Position numbers and translations under genes: made by a program
Part shown: piece by piece, positions 24,250 to 39,566 of the stretch
How positions within the stretch are numbered: position 1 is the stretch's first letter
Layout of the letters: the number at the start of each line of letters is the position of its first letter
Origin: Syncephalis fuscata S228
Taxonomy: Eukaryota > Fungi > Zoopagomycota
Reading direction: 5' to 3'
DNA: 64,000 bases
Assembly (NCBI GenBank): GCA_025786725.1
Contig: JAHLTZ010000017.1
Span: 434,001-498,000, forward strand
The notes under the pieces: generated by a model
The model's database searches: none
Seen by the model: only the letters and a program-made list of their open reading frames with translations
What the model was told of the DNA's origin: nothing

Positions 24250-24500
24250 GTGTGTGTACCTAACTAGTAGTCAGTTAACTACTAACACTATCTAATTGGC
24301 ATATATGTAGTGTACAAGTATATGCAATGTATACATGTTATCAAGTGTAAAGAAAGAGAAAGGAAATGTGATGACGTAGATTGTGAGCTGTGAGCCTGTC
24401 AGTCAATATTTATAAACAGCCGAGTTTAATTGATTAAGAAATGCAATGTGAAATAATAAAAGTCTATCTACCCAACATGTCGGTACATCATAGAACAGAT
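24250..24500. repeat. ~250-bp diverged direct repeat, copy A (copy B at 28227-28478)
   Basis: Shared taactagtagtcagt(t/c)aactac..acactatcta…gtgtacaagtatat…aatgtatacatg…agaaagagaaa(a/g)ggaaatgtgatgacgtagattgtga…catagaacagat. Confidence 0.9.
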
Positions 24501-25504
24501 TGATAGTAAACACATTGAAGAATAAATGTCATTTTACCATGAAAAGCCACTCCTTATTATAAAACAGGTTTACAATATCAATTAATATAAATATTTCAAG
24601 CATATACATTGCTATTTATAGTGCTTTTTTGTTTGTTAAAACTTAATAAATCGCAAATCTGATAGGAATAAGCAATGCATTTTTGCTCAATATTACTAAT
24701 AACATTAATGTTTAGCTATCCGAATATTTTCTGTGTAAAATAGAGCTAGCATTACTTAAATTATCAGCAATTTTCTAGTATCTAAACAAGAATATTAATA
24801 CGATATAATTTTATTTTAGATAAGCAATTATAGTATAATTCAATATATGGCTAGCTATTATATATAAATATTATTAAAAGTAAACTGAAAACAAGCTTAT
24901 ACGTGTAGAACAGCCCATGGGTGGAAAGAGTAATAATGCGATATTAGCTTATTTGATACCATTTAACCTAACCAAATAAATCATTATAGCATATCGATGA
25001 TATACAAAGGCCTAAAAGGTGTAAAAAACGAAAAATCATGCACAATGGTCGGTACGTGGCTGTAGAACATAAACTTGCAAAGTTTAGGTACTAATGAGAA
25101 GCACAGTTGCAAAAAAACAAGATTGAGCTAGTTATTCCAGTATCCAGCTTAGATTTGCAAAAACTTAAGCATTATCGCCATTACAAACAATGGGTTTCCA
25201 ACCACTATTATAATCTACTATCGTTATTTATTCAAGTTTTAGTATTATTATGCAAATAAATATTTATGCAATATGGCTGATCATCATTATTTGTTCATTT
25301 GCCACGTTTAATGCGCCAACTTTCATGTGTACCACCATTGCCAGTATTATGCGCACCATTTATGGGTAACAAACGGGCTCTTTACATTTGCAAGGACTGA
25401 GCCTTTTTTATCAAGTTTAGTATAACATCACTAAAGCTTTGTATGCTTTAATAGCATTTTATTCGTTTAGTTTAATATTTATAGTCCCAATATATTTTTA
25501 CTAC

Positions 25505-27130
25505 ATGTTTCTATATAATGTTGAATAGCACAGGGACACTTGCACTATTACTGTGCTTTGTAATATCTGTCTTTGGTATGACCACATTTGTGTGGGTAAT
25601 CAAACATTTCAATATTACACACAAGATTTATTTAAAGTTAAAGTTATGCCGTATATAACTCGTGGTGTCTAGTAAGCGCTGTGTTCAATCAAAATGCAAC
25701 ATGCAAAATAGTGTTATCCGTTCTTGACACAGTTGATCTGCATTGAATAATGTAAAAATCTGATAATATCACAAGTGTAATTATTGTTATTGATGCAATA
25801 AAAGCCAAAAAATGCGGCTATACAACAATTGCCCATGTAAGCTATCATCACCAGCATTGCATTAATATGTTATAATTGTTTGTGTAACTAGACAGGAGTT
25901 GCAGTCTTTGAACTTGGACAGTATTTAAGCGACACAAGCGGCTTTTCTATTGATACAGCGCTTTACACATCTCATGCAAAGCTGGCCTTATTTTTGGTGC
26001 ATATCCCGTCATGCTTTATGCGACGCACAGGGTCAGTTTCTACGAAGGTGCATCATCAGTCAACATTGCATTGCTACCGTATGATAATCATCAGATTGTT
26101 GTAAATGCAAGCAATAAATTAGGTGCAGCAGTCATTGTAACAGTTGAAGAAGTTGGTTAAATCGTTTTAATATTGGCTATTATATTATGCACACTAGCTA
26201 ATGTATAGGCTGGTGTATTTGCAGAGCCAGGACCTTGAGATAATGTCTTTCTATCAACTGGCTATCGTGTATTTATATATTGCACGCTGACTGTATTTAT
26301 AAACATTATATTGTACAGTTTTATAGTTTTATATCGCTTGATTAGAACAAAATAATAATAATCACTAAGCAACAAGTTATAGTATATGTTTCTGCGTTGT
26401 GCGCTGCAATATGTAAGATGAGCTCAATATTATTAATATCAGCTAGAGTGCTAATCAGTTGGTTTTATATAATAGTATGTGCATCAGGATTCGCGCTTAG
26501 ACTAAACAGCCTGATTTATAAATGGATAAACCTTTTTCAAGAAGTTTTCATAAATACTGGATTTTATACATTGATACTACTATGGTATGTTGTATACTAT
26601 AATGAAATATTTATTAATTCTATCAATGCCTATTATTAACAATAATAATAAATAGGCACTCAATTGCAATCAGTGTGCAAACAAATCAAGAGAGACTGCA
26701 TTAGTAAGTGAAAACAGGAAATTAGCAATATTTACCACTAGCATGCTAGGTGACAAAACTATGTGCACTATTTCTATTAAGCTATTTTATGTTACTTGCC
26801 GCAGATATAATGAAATTTAGGGAAACTTGGCGCTATGGCCCTGAAACCAAACCTACTTGCGTAGTTTTAGTTAAACTATCATATATTGTACGCACTGGTG
26901 CGCTTCTTTTTATTATTGCTTTACGTCCAAAGTCTAATGTCCAGTGCAAAGATAAAGTAGCCATTAAAATAAACAACAACAAAAAATACTACAGTCTTGG
27001 TGCAAAATACACATGATAACTATACAGTCTATGCCAGTGCACTTATGTCATCGAACGTCGATTCAGATGCAGACCCGATATATGATGACAGCACGTATTA
27101 CAACACGACTATTATATACAACTAAACAAT
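25505..27130 (+). pseudogene. Decayed gene for a signal-peptide + extracellular domain + multi-pass (7TM-like) membrane protein
   Basis: Fragments in order: LALLLCFVISVFG (signal), GNQTFQYYTQDLF, AKKCGYTTIAH, intron, VIVTVEE, intron, AEPGP*DNVFLSTGYRVFIYCTLTVF, FINTGFYTLILLW, TKLCALFLLSYF, LSYIVRTGALLFIIALRP; interrupted by several stops and frameshifts. Confidence 0.65.
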
Positions 27131-27479
27131 AATAACGCAGTAAGGTAAAAATGAATACATTATTAAGAAATAACTAGTAATGTGTACATTTATATCAAGT
27201 ACATACTACCTTGTGTTATGAATATAAAAGCCATGTATACCTTTAAAATATACAACTATTTGAATTTTCAGCTTCAACTCACAATATTATATTTACGCAG
27301 TATTTATATAGTTTATTACCAATTCAAGCGCTGTACAATAAAACTAGTCGATAGTAATATAGATGATTTGTTTTGATATAATGAAATAATTGTTATTTAG
27401 TATTTACGCTTAAATATAAATACCATAAAAGCAACGCTATCTTTACAGTATGCACGTGTTAGCTCTACTGGACCACTAT

Positions 27480-28220
27480 CACAGATTTGACTTGGAATAA
27501 ATACTAAACATTGTACAGCTAATTTATAAACTAAAACGACTACAAAAATGGCAATTGAGCAAATGACAGATAGTCAAATACAAAAAGTAAAGAATTTATT
27601 GCGTAACAGTGTTAATTATTGGTGCTATTGTACATATCTAAACAAAAAAGATGGCAGTTTATTCGCTAATGAGAGTCGAAAAAAGCTTTTAAAACTTATG
27701 CTATGAATGTTTACAACAATTTGTATGCTCATTTCTGTGCTTGTTTGACAATTCATAAAATGTCGCGTCTAAAGTATAAATAAATAGGATACATAGCGAA
27801 AATAATATTTCACAACAATCCATCACAACACTGGATTAGGAAAAGTGGTGTAAAAATGAAAAGATCAATACCACATTACAAATTATAATGCTTACAAAGA
27901 AGTATTAACGGGCAAGATTGTTCAAATGGCAGAACAAAAAAGACAATAGGTAGAAAAGTAGTAATGAATATAGTTAATTTCACTTTATACTTTGGTTTAC
28001 TATGCCATCATAGATCATGCTAGCAATAGCTTTGCAGTAGAAATCCATAGTAAAAACAAAGTATACAGCGGGATCTTTGTAGTATACACTCAACACAACA
28101 TAAAAACAAGTTAGAAATGTGCCTATCGTGTCAATAAAGCTGCCAAAAGCAATGATCGAAGTGATGAAAGTGATTTGCAAAAAGAGGCCAGATTACAAAA
28201 GAGCAATGCAAGTACATAGT
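27480..28220 (-). pseudogene. Highly decayed hydrophobic/membrane-protein gene fragment
   Basis: ORF 27980-28180 is almost all hydrophobic helices, and further hydrophobic fragments with stops lie downstream; it starts just beyond direct repeat copy B, and its first ~40 bp are echoed at 24190-24225. Confidence 0.35.
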
Positions 28221-28226
28221 GTAGAG

Positions 28227-28478
28227 GTGTTTGTACATAACTAGTAGTCAGTCAACTACGGACACTATCTATGTGGCTTATATGAAGTGTACAAGTATAT
28301 AGAATGTATACATGCTATCGAGTGTGAAGAAAGAGAAAGGGAAATGTGATGACGTAGATTGTGATCTGTTCAGTTAATAGCTATAAAGATGCAAGTTACA
28401 AATATTGACAAGGCAATAAATGGAATATGAATAATAAAAGTCAATCTACACAACAAGTCAATGTACCATAGAACAGAT
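28227..28478. repeat. ~250-bp diverged direct repeat, copy B
   Basis: Homologous to 24250-24500. Confidence 0.9.
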
Positions 28479-28489
28479 CAAAAGTAAAA

Positions 28490-28665
28490 TAATGTTACTT
28501 GGCCCTAAAAAATTACTCATTATTATAGAATGTATTTTCAGTATAATAATAAGGGCATAATAAAAAGAATAAAGGTCATTTGACCCCCAAAACTACTCAT
28601 TATCATAGAACGCATATTCAGTATAGTAGCGAATGTATCAAAAGAATAAAAGCCATTTGACATTA
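28490..28665. repeat. Degenerate ~80-bp tandem repeat (~2 copies)
   Basis: ccc.aaaa.tactcattat.atagaa.g.at.ttcagtata at ~28503 and ~28584; aaaagaataaa.g.catttgac at ~28563 and ~28640. Confidence 0.75.
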
Positions 28666-28769
28666 AAAAGAATATTTTATACCAAATACTATATATAACA
28701 TACCATTTACATTGTAATAAACTTTAACTGTACTAAATAAATATACACACCACTACAAAAACAGTATTA

Positions 28770-28870
28770 AATTAAATCGGAGTTATGCAAGTTAAAGCAG
28801 CATTCCATAAAAAAGTATGGCTTCGCATCTATAACATAGCTACTCCAATTTATACAACTCCGATTTAATT
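28770..28870. repeat. Imperfect inverted repeat (32-bp arms), MITE-like/hairpin, followed by (ATT)n
   Basis: aattaaatcggagtt (28770-28784) is the exact reverse complement of aactccgatttaatt (28856-28870); arms extend imperfectly to 32 bp. Confidence 0.75.
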
Positions 28871-29473
28871 ATTATTATTATTATTATTATTATTACAGCC
28901 TGTATGTATACCAATTAAATATAAGTCTATGTATCCATCAAGCCAATAGTGATAAGTAGTGTTTTATTAATTGGTATCCATCAAATTAAAAGCAGAGGCC
29001 CAGCGTGCTAAACAGGTGTATTAGAAACGTAGTGTGCAACAAACACACGCACATAGCCTAAAGCGTTATCAGCACACGCTATAACACGCATGAATAAAAA
29101 CGACAGCATGCCCTGGCATACGAACTTACTTTTACCACCTTGTGTTTTGTTCTCCTTGAACTTGTAGGCGGGTGCGTGAACAACATTAACACAGTTTTTA
29201 TTGTTGTCGCCATTATTTTTGTTGTTGTTATTTCTAGCGTGGTATGGGCACTGTTTTATCGTTGTTTCCAGTTTGAGTGCCACTGATACTTGCATTGCTT
29301 TTGCTTTATTGTCAACACCACGGGCGCAGTCTCCTTTCTTTTACATTTTCGGCACTTGATGATCAGTTTGGTTCATCTACTCTCTTCTTTCGTATATATT
29401 CATTGCTACTAGCCTATTATTGTTTGCACGCCATTCTTGCCACAACGACAACAGCTACTACGACTACTTAGCG

Positions 29474-31214
29474 ATGAACACTATTCGGAGACATATTCAT
29501 CGGTTATCGGGCGGTCATCATGACCCGCACGGCCAGTCGCCGTCGACTAATACGCCCTCGTCTACTTCTACCTCTGCTTCAGTGCCACCGATCGTGCAGG
29601 AAGAGTATGAAGATGGCAGAAGTGCTCAAATGCAACATAAACACTCGGCAACATCATCTAGCAATGCTATGCCTAGTCAAATAGGCATTGGACGGTCTTC
29701 ATCACCAAGCCAGCCATTTTCACCAGGACTAGTGTCACCAGGAAGCCAAGCGGGACAGCAACAGTATAGCTATACTGTACTTGAACAGCAGCAGCATGAT
29801 ATGAATCGAAATACTGAAGCACTCTCGCAAATGTCATTAAATCAAATGCAGCGCTCTGGTTCGTCAGATTCTAGAGCAATGGGCCATTCGCCGGTCACAA
29901 GATCGCACGGACGACGACCTTCAACCCAATCCCGCCGCTCTTATCAATATGAACAACACCCGGATAATACAGCGCATACTAATGCAAATATGACATTTAA
30001 TAACTGGGAAGGTGACGTTGTTTCATCAGCAAGATCACCACCCACTTCAGCCAATGCATCACATCCACAATCAAGATCACCAGTTGTTGGTGCGATACCT
30101 ATAACTAAAATGGCATCATCACCAGCCACTTACGCAGTACAGCATCAACGACAGCTTTCAAACAATTCAGCCATTTCACAGCAATCACGCCAATCGATGG
30201 ATCGTCGATCACCATCACCTGCAGCACGTCAACCACCACAATCACTGCCTAATGATGCATTACAGAAACGGCCATCATTAGCACGAATTGATACATCACC
30301 CAGTGGTCTTTCACCTCGTGGCAGTTTTGACCGTAAGCCATTGTCAGCATCGGCAGTGATGGATGGATCACCATCGCGTGATCGTCATTTTGAGAATCAA
30401 AATCACTTGACAGTTGCATCGGCTCAATCGCCTATAGGTATACCGGCTTCCCAGGTACTGCTAGGTCGTAAACCATCAAAAAATAATGTGGGTGGTAGTG
30501 GCGGTGATGCTGGTGGTGGCGCTGGTCGTCGTCGCGATAACGACGATAAAGATATGACGGTAGATGAACGACTTGTTCAAGAAGGTATACAATATCATGA
30601 GCAAAATGAACTTGAAAAGGCTACCGATTGCTTTAAACGTGCTGCTGAACTATCAAATCCTAATGGCATGTTCCTTTACGGTATTTCATTGCGACATGGA
30701 TGGGTAAGTGTATTATTAATAAAAATTATAGACTAGATAACTAATAAATTAACTATTTATTTATTTACTTGTTTATTAATAGGGATGCGAAACACAACCA
30801 ACAGCTGCATTTAAATATTTACAAAAGGCTGCTGAATCGGCTGTGGTAGATATTAGTAATGGCAAGATTGCACCGGGTGTGGATGCATTAAATTCATCAT
30901 CTGCATCGGGTCCTAAGGCCGTGGTCGCTAAAAAGGAACTTGTATTGGCTATTCATGAACTTGGTGTTTGTTTCCGTCATGGCTGGGGCGTGCCAAAGAA
31001 CAAGCAAACTGCCGTATACTATTTTGAACTGGCAGCCAATATGGGCGATCCAGATGCACAAAACGATCTAGGCTTTTGTTACTATCATGGCGAAGGTGTT
31101 AAACGGGACCTATATAAGGCGGCCAAATACTATCGTCTTGCTCATAAGCAAGGAGTTACTGTTATGGGCAATTCTTGGATATTTAAAAAGAAATACGATA
31201 ATTGTGGTGCATAA
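29474..31214 (+). CDS. Sel1-repeat (HCP-like) protein with long Ser/Pro/Gln-rich N-terminus, Dsf2/Nif1-like (2 exons)
   Basis: GIQYHEQNELEKA, GMFLYGISLRHGWGC, AIHELGVCFRHGWGV, AANMGDPDAQNDLGFCY.HGEG, GNSWIFK. Confidence 0.85.
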
Positions 31215-31929
31215 ATAAGCACTACAATATTTTTATAATCATTTAATTACTAATTACTAATCATTAATCATTAATATTTTGTTTGTTGCGGCGGTTATTA
31301 CCTCTTTCTCTCTCGCTCTCACTCTTCTTTTTCATCAATTATCGGTATTCATTTTATTTACATTTACTATCACTGCTGTCAACACATTTGTCTATATTTT
31401 ACTCAAAGGACGATGTTATGTTTAAATTCGTTTATTTAAAATTATTATTATTATTATTTAACCATTGAACCATTAAGAATGTATAAATCATTACATGTTA
31501 TCCAATTCAATTTATATATATATAATCACTAATGTTAATATGCAAACAAACAAGGATAGCATTAATCCAGCTATTTATGCTAATTTATAATGCTAATAAT
31601 ATGTATGACTAAAAACAAATAAAACACGATTGGCATTGCCATTAATATTGCTACAATTAACTTAACTACGTAAATAAACAAAGTTTTAAATTAAAATTGT
31701 TGCATTTATTATAAAATTCAAACTTTTGCTATAAGTTGAAACCCTTTGATACTAATACTATTTTTATTAAATCAAAAGCAAATCAAGCTTTGTAATAAGA
31801 AATAACAGCACTTATTAGGCTATCACAATTGCTAGTGTATATTAAATAATTAAATATGCACTTAATGTTTTTACTTGTACATATTTTGGTTTTATATTTA
31901 AGAATGTAGCAACACCATTTGTAATAGCT

Positions 31930-32218
31930 TTAGTAATAAATTTAATAGTATTATTGCTAGAATCGTATAAACAACCATTAAAATGTTTAATATTGCACTG
32001 GCTAATTTTTACTAGTCAGTTTTCTGCTTTCTGGCAGTCAAAACAAACCGACATTTGTTGCTGGAACTGTTTTCATGAGGACAGATAAGCTGCACTCTTG
32101 TTGAATCACTATTTTTCTTCTTAAAACTGCAGCTGTTAACAAATTTAAACTTATAAACAGCGGCCCTTAGTCCTTCAATACTATTAACTATAGCTTCTTT
32201 AAATAGTTCTGTAGACAT
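31930..32218 (-). mobile_element. Relic of a MuDR/MULE transposase N-terminal DNA-binding (zinc-finger) domain
   Basis: LRAAVYKF...CSFKKKNSDSTRVQLIC.......CRFVLTARK, then after a frameshift VKISQCNIKHFNGC; no catalytic domain or TIRs seen. Confidence 0.55.
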
Positions 32219-33087
32219 TTGGTAGATTTTTCAAAACAGTGTATTTAATAAATAAAATTTAAAAACGGTATATTTTATTTAACAAACCGTCAATCAGTTT
32301 TTACTACTAAAAAGTGTTATTTGTTGTAATGTCACATTAACTTCAATTGAATTAATCCGAGTCAATTAATCTGCACTATTTCCAATGTCCGATATCAATG
32401 TTAACAAAGGTTAAATAGTATTTTATGCTACTTACAATAAAATGTTATGATTTAATTATGATGTTAATCTATATTGTTGTTGCTATAAAGTACTTAAAGC
32501 ATTACAATTTGATGATTTAATATAACTTACCATTCAGTCCCATGTTTAGTAGAACAATAAACGTGTAGTTCAATCAAGTAAAAGCTGTCAGCTTTGGTCT
32601 TTTGACCCTGAATTACATGAGTCTACTAATAAATTATTTACATTAGTGAGCTATTTTACTTTGGCTTTTACATTTTTATTTATCCATTTCACCCTCTCAA
32701 CACTTTTAGACACAATTAAACACTTATTCATCACTATTACATGTATAATATTATATCCAACATTAGTTAATTCATGTGTAATTATCGGTACAATAATGTA
32801 ATTAATTAGTTATTTTTATTATTGCTTTAATATATATATTGTCATTTATGATATTAATTGTTCAACTACCATTTATTTAGTCAGATTAGTTATAGGAAAA
32901 GTGGCTGTTTAATAAACAACATTTATAATAATTATATTAATATTGATCTTACATCACAAATATGCTAAAATCAATAGTATAAGACTAGAAAATAGAAGAA
33001 ACCATCTAAATGCAGGAATCCACACTGTACGTAGATATAACAACAACAAATGCGGAAGCATATGGAATTGCAATCATATGGCTTCTA

Positions 33088-33186
33088 TTGATATTCGATC
33101 AGTCTTTCTACACATGGCCAACAACAACAATTGGCCTCGTGAATTCCAAATAAATCAAATAGTATATTACATTGTTTATTTAAATG
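33088..33186 (+). repeat. ~100-bp dispersed intergenic repeat, copy 1 (copy 2 inverted at 45415-45515)
   Basis: atattcgatca.tctttcta.acatggccaacaacaacaat…aaatcaaatagtat..tacatt.tttatttaaat shared with the reverse complement of 45415-45515. Confidence 0.8.
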
Positions 33187-33691
33187 CTTAATATTATTAC
33201 TGATGCAATGTTCTGTTGCATTTAATTCTATTCTATTTTATGGAAATGACAATATACACAAACTAACAATACCACAAAATATGCATTGATTAGTTTGTTA
33301 TAAACTTGATGCTGCTTATGTTGTATTAACAGTAAATAGTCATATTTTACTTAATGTAATACGTTTGAAATTGTACACGAATTAATTAAATATAATTAAC
33401 TGTGTTTAATGTACATCTAATTTATTAATGTTATTCCATGGTAATCATACTACAAACTCGCTATAAAATAGCTAGTTATCCTCCTAATTGAAATGCAAAC
33501 TACAGTAAATAGCATGGCATTCTATATCCAATCATTAGTATATTATTTTCTTCTTTATACTATTTGTTATAATTAACCAGTTATTAGTAGGTACTTTGAA
33601 TCTATAATCATTTTTTGAGAATCTGTTTATTACTGTTGAATCCAGTTCCTATTAGTAAATAACAACACTCATACAGCAACAAAGCAGTAGT

Positions 33692-35729
<2,038 letters not shown>

Positions 35730-36226
35730 GGTGCGTAAAAGTAGTAGTAACAGTAGTGGTAGTCAATATTCAACAAGAAGAAAAGAAAAAAGACAAAGAG
35801 CGAATACGTAAGTGTACTGTCATCGGACTCTTTAAATAGAAACAAAGCGCTACAGGTTGGGGCCAACATCGACGTCATCCATTGCCCCCAACAGGACCTT
35901 GTAAGTTCCATTAACGGTTTTTTCTAACAATTAGTATATCCACGTGGACATGGACATGACATATCTAGCAGTGGAATAGGCACAGCACCACGTGTTGGAG
36001 ATAGATTATGATGCAATTACTGATTTATGAGATCTTGTACTGAGAAACAATGGAAAATGGCCATCTATTTCGGACTGTATAATGTTTTATTTGTAAAGAC
36101 CCATGAATCATGGTGTGGGAATACTAAAAATCATCTTGATTGAATAATATTATTACTATTATTGCTATTATTCTACACTTTTTGCTTTATCAATTGATTT
36201 GATTTTATTAACAAGTATAAATACGA

Positions 36227-37404
36227 ATGGCATCGTGTTTATATTGGCGCACTAGTCTATTGCCTCGATGGTCGGGCAGCAGTGGCTCGTTATTAATGCC
36301 ACAGCTATCTACTACTACTGCCACTCGTACGTTCACACTGTCTCACCACCGGCTATATCATGGCCGTGGCTACAATCGTTACTCAACAGTGGCCACGGAT
36401 AGTCCAGTCGAGACGGTACCACTGGCCTACGAGCGGTATATGCCTACGCAAGCGCCAGAACCTACGCCTTTAGTCATTCTTCACGGCTTATTTGGCTCTA
36501 AACAAAACTGGCGATCATTGGCACGCGGACTAGCGCAGCGATTGTCAGTGCCAATCTATGCACTGGACCTGCGTAATCATGGCGACAGTCCACACTCTGC
36601 CTCTATGAACTATAGAGCTATGGCTGCCGATGTTGAACGCTTTATAGACGAGCAGAAACTAAAGCGAGTAACACTTATGGGCCATTCTATGTAAGTAATT
36701 CGTATCAGCATAACAAATAGTTGCTAACCAGTATATCTTAATATAGGGGCGCTCATGTTGTTATGACACTGGCACTAAGTGCACGCGTACAAGATAGACC
36801 ATCTTATCTTGAGCGAGTTATTCTAGTTGATAAAGCACCGCGAGATATGGCACTGGACCGTGCTTTCTCCAAGTATGTACATGGTATGCAATTGGTAGAT
36901 CAGGCAGGCGTTGAACGACAATCTGATGCCGATACACTTCTTGCACCATATGTGCCGGTAAGTCAGTAATTAATGAATTGCATAACAGCTTTATTAATAA
37001 AAATATCAAAGGATTTGTCAATACGCCATTTTTATTAACTAATCTAAAACGAGATACTACAAATGATGAGTCTCGTCAATATCGATTCCGCGTACCATTA
37101 AATGTTATTCAAGAAGCTTTACCATCTCTTGGACAAATGCAACTGCCACAAGACTGCAGCCATTTCAACAGTCCACTTTATTCGTTGCTGGTTCAAAATC
37201 TAACTATGTAAGGCCACAGGATCATTTAGGCATACGTGCACTATTTCCCAAAGCCGATATTGAGTATCTAGAGACGGGCCATTGGGGTAAGCAGATATTA
37301 GTAGCTACATGTAATCAGTAGTGTCTAATCAGTGTTTAGTACAAGCGGAGAAACCGATGGATTTTATGCAGCTAGTTACCAATTTTTATAAACAAAAATA
37401 CTAA
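36227..37404 (+). CDS. Mitochondrial alpha/beta hydrolase, ABHD11/Imo32-like (two apparent 1-nt frameshifts at ~37028 and ~37175)
   Basis: LHGLFGSKQNW, DLRNHGDSPH, GHSMG nucleophile elbow, FLLTNL, ETGHWVQAEKP. Confidence 0.88.
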
Positions 37405-37487
37405 TCATGAAAATAAAATATTAAATATTGATTTGCCACTGAATAATAGCTCTTTTCTTTCTATCTTTTATCGTTAATACATTTCCC

Positions 37488-39566
37488 ATGTCGTCTATTA
37501 CGTCCATTCGAGTTGGTAAGTAGTGCCCATTTCAGTAGAGAGGGAATTCAACGAATAGAAAGGGTCTATTACGTGATTATAAACAATATACGTGTGCTAT
37601 TACTGTTTTTAACACTGTAATCTGGTAGATAAGAGCCAGAAAAAGTTTGCGCCAACTATTGCTCCGCGTGGGCCACGTCGGCCACGTCGCAGCTCTACCG
37701 CAGCCTCAACGTCTAACACCAGTACAACACCAGTCCCGGGTATTACAGAAAAGTTGGATGAAAGCGCGGATGTCTATATATCCAATGACCATAATAGTAA
37801 CGGTGAAGATACACAAGTGAACCAGCCAGCGATACCCACCTCTAACCATGGTCATACAGATAGTTCAGTGGCTTATAAGCTTGATAATAATGATAATGGC
37901 GACGACAATTATGTTAAAGAAGCAACTCCTGAAAGAACAACCTTTACTCTCGGTGTACCAGTGTCTTCCTTGTCATTACCACCACCGCAAATGACATCGA
38001 TGTATAGTAAGTATTTAATTACAATACAAACCAATAATTACTTATTTAACTGTTTGTATATTTAATTATAAAGATCCACCTTCACCACCGCCCACTCAAT
38101 TATCTTTATCGGAACTGTCTCAATCACCACGTCGACGTGGTGTATCTATTTCACGTCCAGGACAAGCAATTATACCAGGCCAATCTAGCAACAATAGTAG
38201 CAACAATGCAACGCCCATTACAGTATCTACTCCTACTACAATTAATAGTAATACTAGTGGTGGTAGGCGTCTATCGGCCACAGTACGTCCTAAATACAGT
38301 ACTAGAGAAAGCAGCCGATTTGGAACAGCGATTAATCAGCCGGGTGACCGACGTAGATCGACAACAAGTCCTGCCGAATACATAAGGGATCGATCAGTAT
38401 CTGCAGTAATTCAACGTGCTGACCAAGAAAAGCAGCTACTTGTAAATGACCCAACCATTCAAGGACCACTATTAGCCACCAATGATCCAACCCAAGTAGC
38501 TAGATGGATTGCCGATGGTCTTATTGCTCCATGCCGAGCTGTTGATGAACTATTAGCACGAGAAGATATTGATCTTACTCAAATGCCTATGCACTTTTTC
38601 TGTAGAGATATTGCTCGTGGAAAGCCAAGTGATTCAGCTATTGAAGAAATGCAGGAACGCCAAAAACGTAAACGACAACATAAAATGGATGATGCAACCA
38701 ATGAGGATATGACAGATGCCATGGAAATACAACAGCATAAAACTGAAATAGCCAATATTAAACAACATGAAACATCATCATATAGCAAATCAGTAATTGA
38801 TATGAAGTTAGAATCAAATTCAAAGCTAGAAAAGCCACCAGTAGCCATGAATATGCTTGAAAGGTAAGTAAAAGCTGTAATAATGTTGAAAAAATGCTAA
38901 AAAGTATTAATCAACTTGACACTAGTCATTCAGGCCCCAAATGAAATTAGTAGATGGTAAAATGGTACTAGATGAAGAATCTTTAGTCGTTCAACATGCC
39001 GATCTTCATGGAGGGGCAATTGTTCCATTGGAACGAGTTGAAGAATCTCAACATTTACGCTATGTTACATGTGCTACTTATAGTAAACGAAATCCTACTG
39101 TAAAATGGAGTGAAGAAAAGACACAGCTATTCTATGAGGTAAATTAAACGATACCAATAATACACAGCAATGCTAATACTAATATTCATATTAGGGGTTA
39201 GCAAAATATGGCACTGATTTTGAAATGATTGCCTCTTTATTCCCCGACCGTAATCGACGTCATATAAAGAACAAGTACAAAAGAGAAGACGCAGAACATC
39301 CAGAACGTATCAATGACGCGCTACTTCATCGACGAAGCAAGCCACTTGTTCTATCTCAACCACCAACATTTGATATTACTGGTTTATTAGGACCCACACC
39401 TATTTATACAGATACTTCATCCACAACGACTACTACAGCGACTACAGTTAATAATACAGGTAGTAACACGCCTATTGAACAACCATCACCACCAGTATCA
39501 CAAGAGAACGATGAAGAAGATGAAATGGAAGAACAAGAACAAGAAGATAATGGAGAAACAGATTAG
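37488..39566 (+). CDS. BDP1: TFIIIB B'' subunit Bdp1 (SANT/Myb domain), multi-exon
   Basis: PQMKLVDGKMVLDEESL and KWSEEKTQLFYEGLAKYGTDFEMIASLFPDRNRRHIKNKYKRED. Confidence 0.88.

Noticed and set aside
26236-26238. TGA at an expected Trp position, suggesting an alternative genetic code or readthrough
   Set aside because: The same relic has other stops and frameshifts, and TGA is a normal stop in NOC4 (19175-19177); this is simple pseudogene decay.
24250-28478. LTR retrotransposon, suggested by direct repeats 4 kb apart
   Set aside because: No gag/pol remnants, PBS/PPT, clear TG…CA ends or TSD seen; the interior holds membrane-protein pseudogenes.
28490-28665. CRISPR-like repeat-spacer pattern
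   Set aside because: Only ~2 degenerate units with homologous 'spacers', in a eukaryotic context with no cas genes.
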